In this document: piece by piece, positions 12,893 through 13,944 of the stretch
Numbering within the stretch: the stretch's first letter is position 1
How the letters are laid out: each line of letters begins with the position of its first letter
Source of the DNA: Candidatus Nanopusillus sp.
Lineage (GTDB): Archaea; Nanobdellota; Nanobdellia; Nanobdellales; Nanobdellaceae
Length of the DNA: 13,944 nucleotides
Assembly (NCBI GenBank): GCA_028275885.1
Contig: JAPWTW010000009.1
Span: 1 to 13,944 of the forward strand
Reading direction: 5' to 3'
Notes under the pieces: generated by a model
Told to the model about the DNA's origin: nothing
Databases searched by the model: none
The model's input: the letters and a program-made list of their open reading frames with translations, nothing else
Position numbers and translations under genes: made by a program

Positions 12893-13452
12893 AATTATTA
12901 TGATAATAGAAAGATTTATTATCTTATAAGAAACCTAAGGAACTTGGAGTTATCGCTCATATAATATATATTAGCAATATGGCCAAAAAAGACTTTGAGA
13001 CCTAAATCTATTTTTTCTCTAATCAAATTATTATAAATCATATGAGGAAATTATATATTTTAAGATTTTTCATGTAAGAACTCTGCCTTAGTTACTTATT
13101 TTATAGACTTTAAGCTCTTACAGAGAGTTTCTTGATAAGTATCACCCTAAAAAATCTAATAAAAAATCAGAAATCATTGAGAATCTTGATGTGGTTAATT
13201 GATATTGTAGCATAAAAGAATCCTAAAATAATTAATAGATATATAGAAAATTGGAATTATAATCATCAATAAAATAATTTAAACAAAAATATAATTTATC
13301 TTGTGGAATACTTATTTGAGAAATTAAGTTAAATTTAAATGTTGAGGTTATGATATAAAATTCTTGAAAATTTTTGTTAAATATCTATATACTGGTCTTT
13401 ACAAAGTTAATCTAAAACAATTTAAAAATCTTTATTTTTTATATTTCTTTTT

Positions 13453-13944
13453 ATGAAAGCTTCAGTAATAGTTATTGATTATAAAAGAAAGAAATATATA
13501 TTAGATGCATTAAAAAGTATTAAAAATCAAAAAGGAATAGATTTAAATGATATTGAAGTAATTGTTGTAAAATATTATCAAGATGAAAAAATAGATAATT
13601 ATATTAAAGAAAATTTTCCAAATTATAAAATAATAAATTTAGATCCAAACGATTCCAATCATTATGTTGGAAGAAACTATTCTGAAGGAATAAAAGCTTC
13701 TTCAAATAATTTAATATTTATATTAGATGATGATGATATGTTTACCGAAAATAAAATTAGTAGAATATTTGAAATTGTAAAAAATATTAAAGATGAAGAA
13801 TATATGATTGCACATAAATTAATTCCAATAGATATAAATGGAAATATAATTAAAGAAAGTAAAAGTATGATAAAAAGAATTAAGGAAAAGATATTTGATT
13901 TAGTAAGCGTCGGTGGAACAGTAGGAATAATATTTCATACAAAG
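13453..13944 (+). CDS. Family-2 glycosyltransferase (GT-A fold), N-terminal 164 codons; 3' end outside the window
   Basis: Not in the ORF track because it runs off the window. ATG 13453 encodes MKASVIVIDYKRKKYILDALKSIKNQ (the GT2 first strand plus L-x-S-[IL]-x-x-Q motif) ... GRNYSEGIKASSNNLIFILDDDDMF (acidic DxD-type motif). The frame stays open to nt 13944. A TTTAAAAATC TATA-like box lies about 27 bp upstream of the ATG. Confidence 0.7.
   Translation, partial: MKASVIVIDYKRKKYILDALKSIKNQKGIDLNDIEVIVVKYYQDEKIDNYIKENFPNYKIINLDPNDSNHYVGRNYSEGIKASSNNLIFILDDDDMFTENKISRIFEIVKNIKDEEYMIAHKLIPIDINGNIIKESKSMIKRIKEKIFDLVSVGGTVGIIFHTK

Noticed and set aside
1-13944. CRISPR arrays, rRNA genes, IS elements or transposases, split-tRNA halves
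   Set aside because: No array of 24-40-bp repeats with unique spacers is present; the only tandem array has 9-bp units with no spacers. The tRNA is the only GC-rich structured island, and no transposase or integrase motifs appear in any long ORF.

Overview
Very AT-rich, tightly packed archaeal chromosomal segment (I did not compute GC; by eye about a quarter). It has short intergenic gaps, overlapping gene ends and TATA-like boxes about 27 bp upstream of several ATGs, which suggests leaderless mRNAs. The only GC-rich island is a tRNA-Val(GAC) with almost all-GC stems, which suggests a thermophile. The one exported protein is almost free of charged residues while the cytoplasmic proteins are very Lys/Glu-rich, which suggests an acidic habitat. 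This fits a small-genome thermoacidophilic archaeon (Nanoarchaeota/DPANN-like is a guess, not a call). Recognisable genes: 3' part of an S-layer-type surface protein, exosome rrp42 overlapping rpoK, a YbaK/ProX-type deacylase, tRNA-Val, acylphosphatase, asparaginyl-tRNA synthetase, a GalT-branch HIT enzyme, an Lrp/AsnC regulator divergent from an anticodon-domain-less AsnRS paralog (archaeal AsnA-like asparagine synthetase), and the 5' part of a GT2 glycosyltransferase. There is no CRISPR array, rRNA, transposase or integrase. Items for follow-up: (1) seven exact-period 9-bp tandem repeats abutting a small RHH-like gene with a basic N-terminal tail, resembling omega/ParG; (2) the Lrp/AsnC-AsnA-like pair with two 15-bp TTGAA-N5-TTCAA palindromes; (3) two tandem, highly diverged paralogs that each look like double winged-helix proteins; (4) a membrane-protein reading frame split by one in-frame TAG; (5) a hypothetical gene split by a -1 frame change at an A4 run; (6) an orphan RelE/ParE-like ORF facing an unknown 200-aa gene; (7) two unusually long ORF-free spacers. 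All functional calls rest on motifs I recognised by eye. No searches were run.
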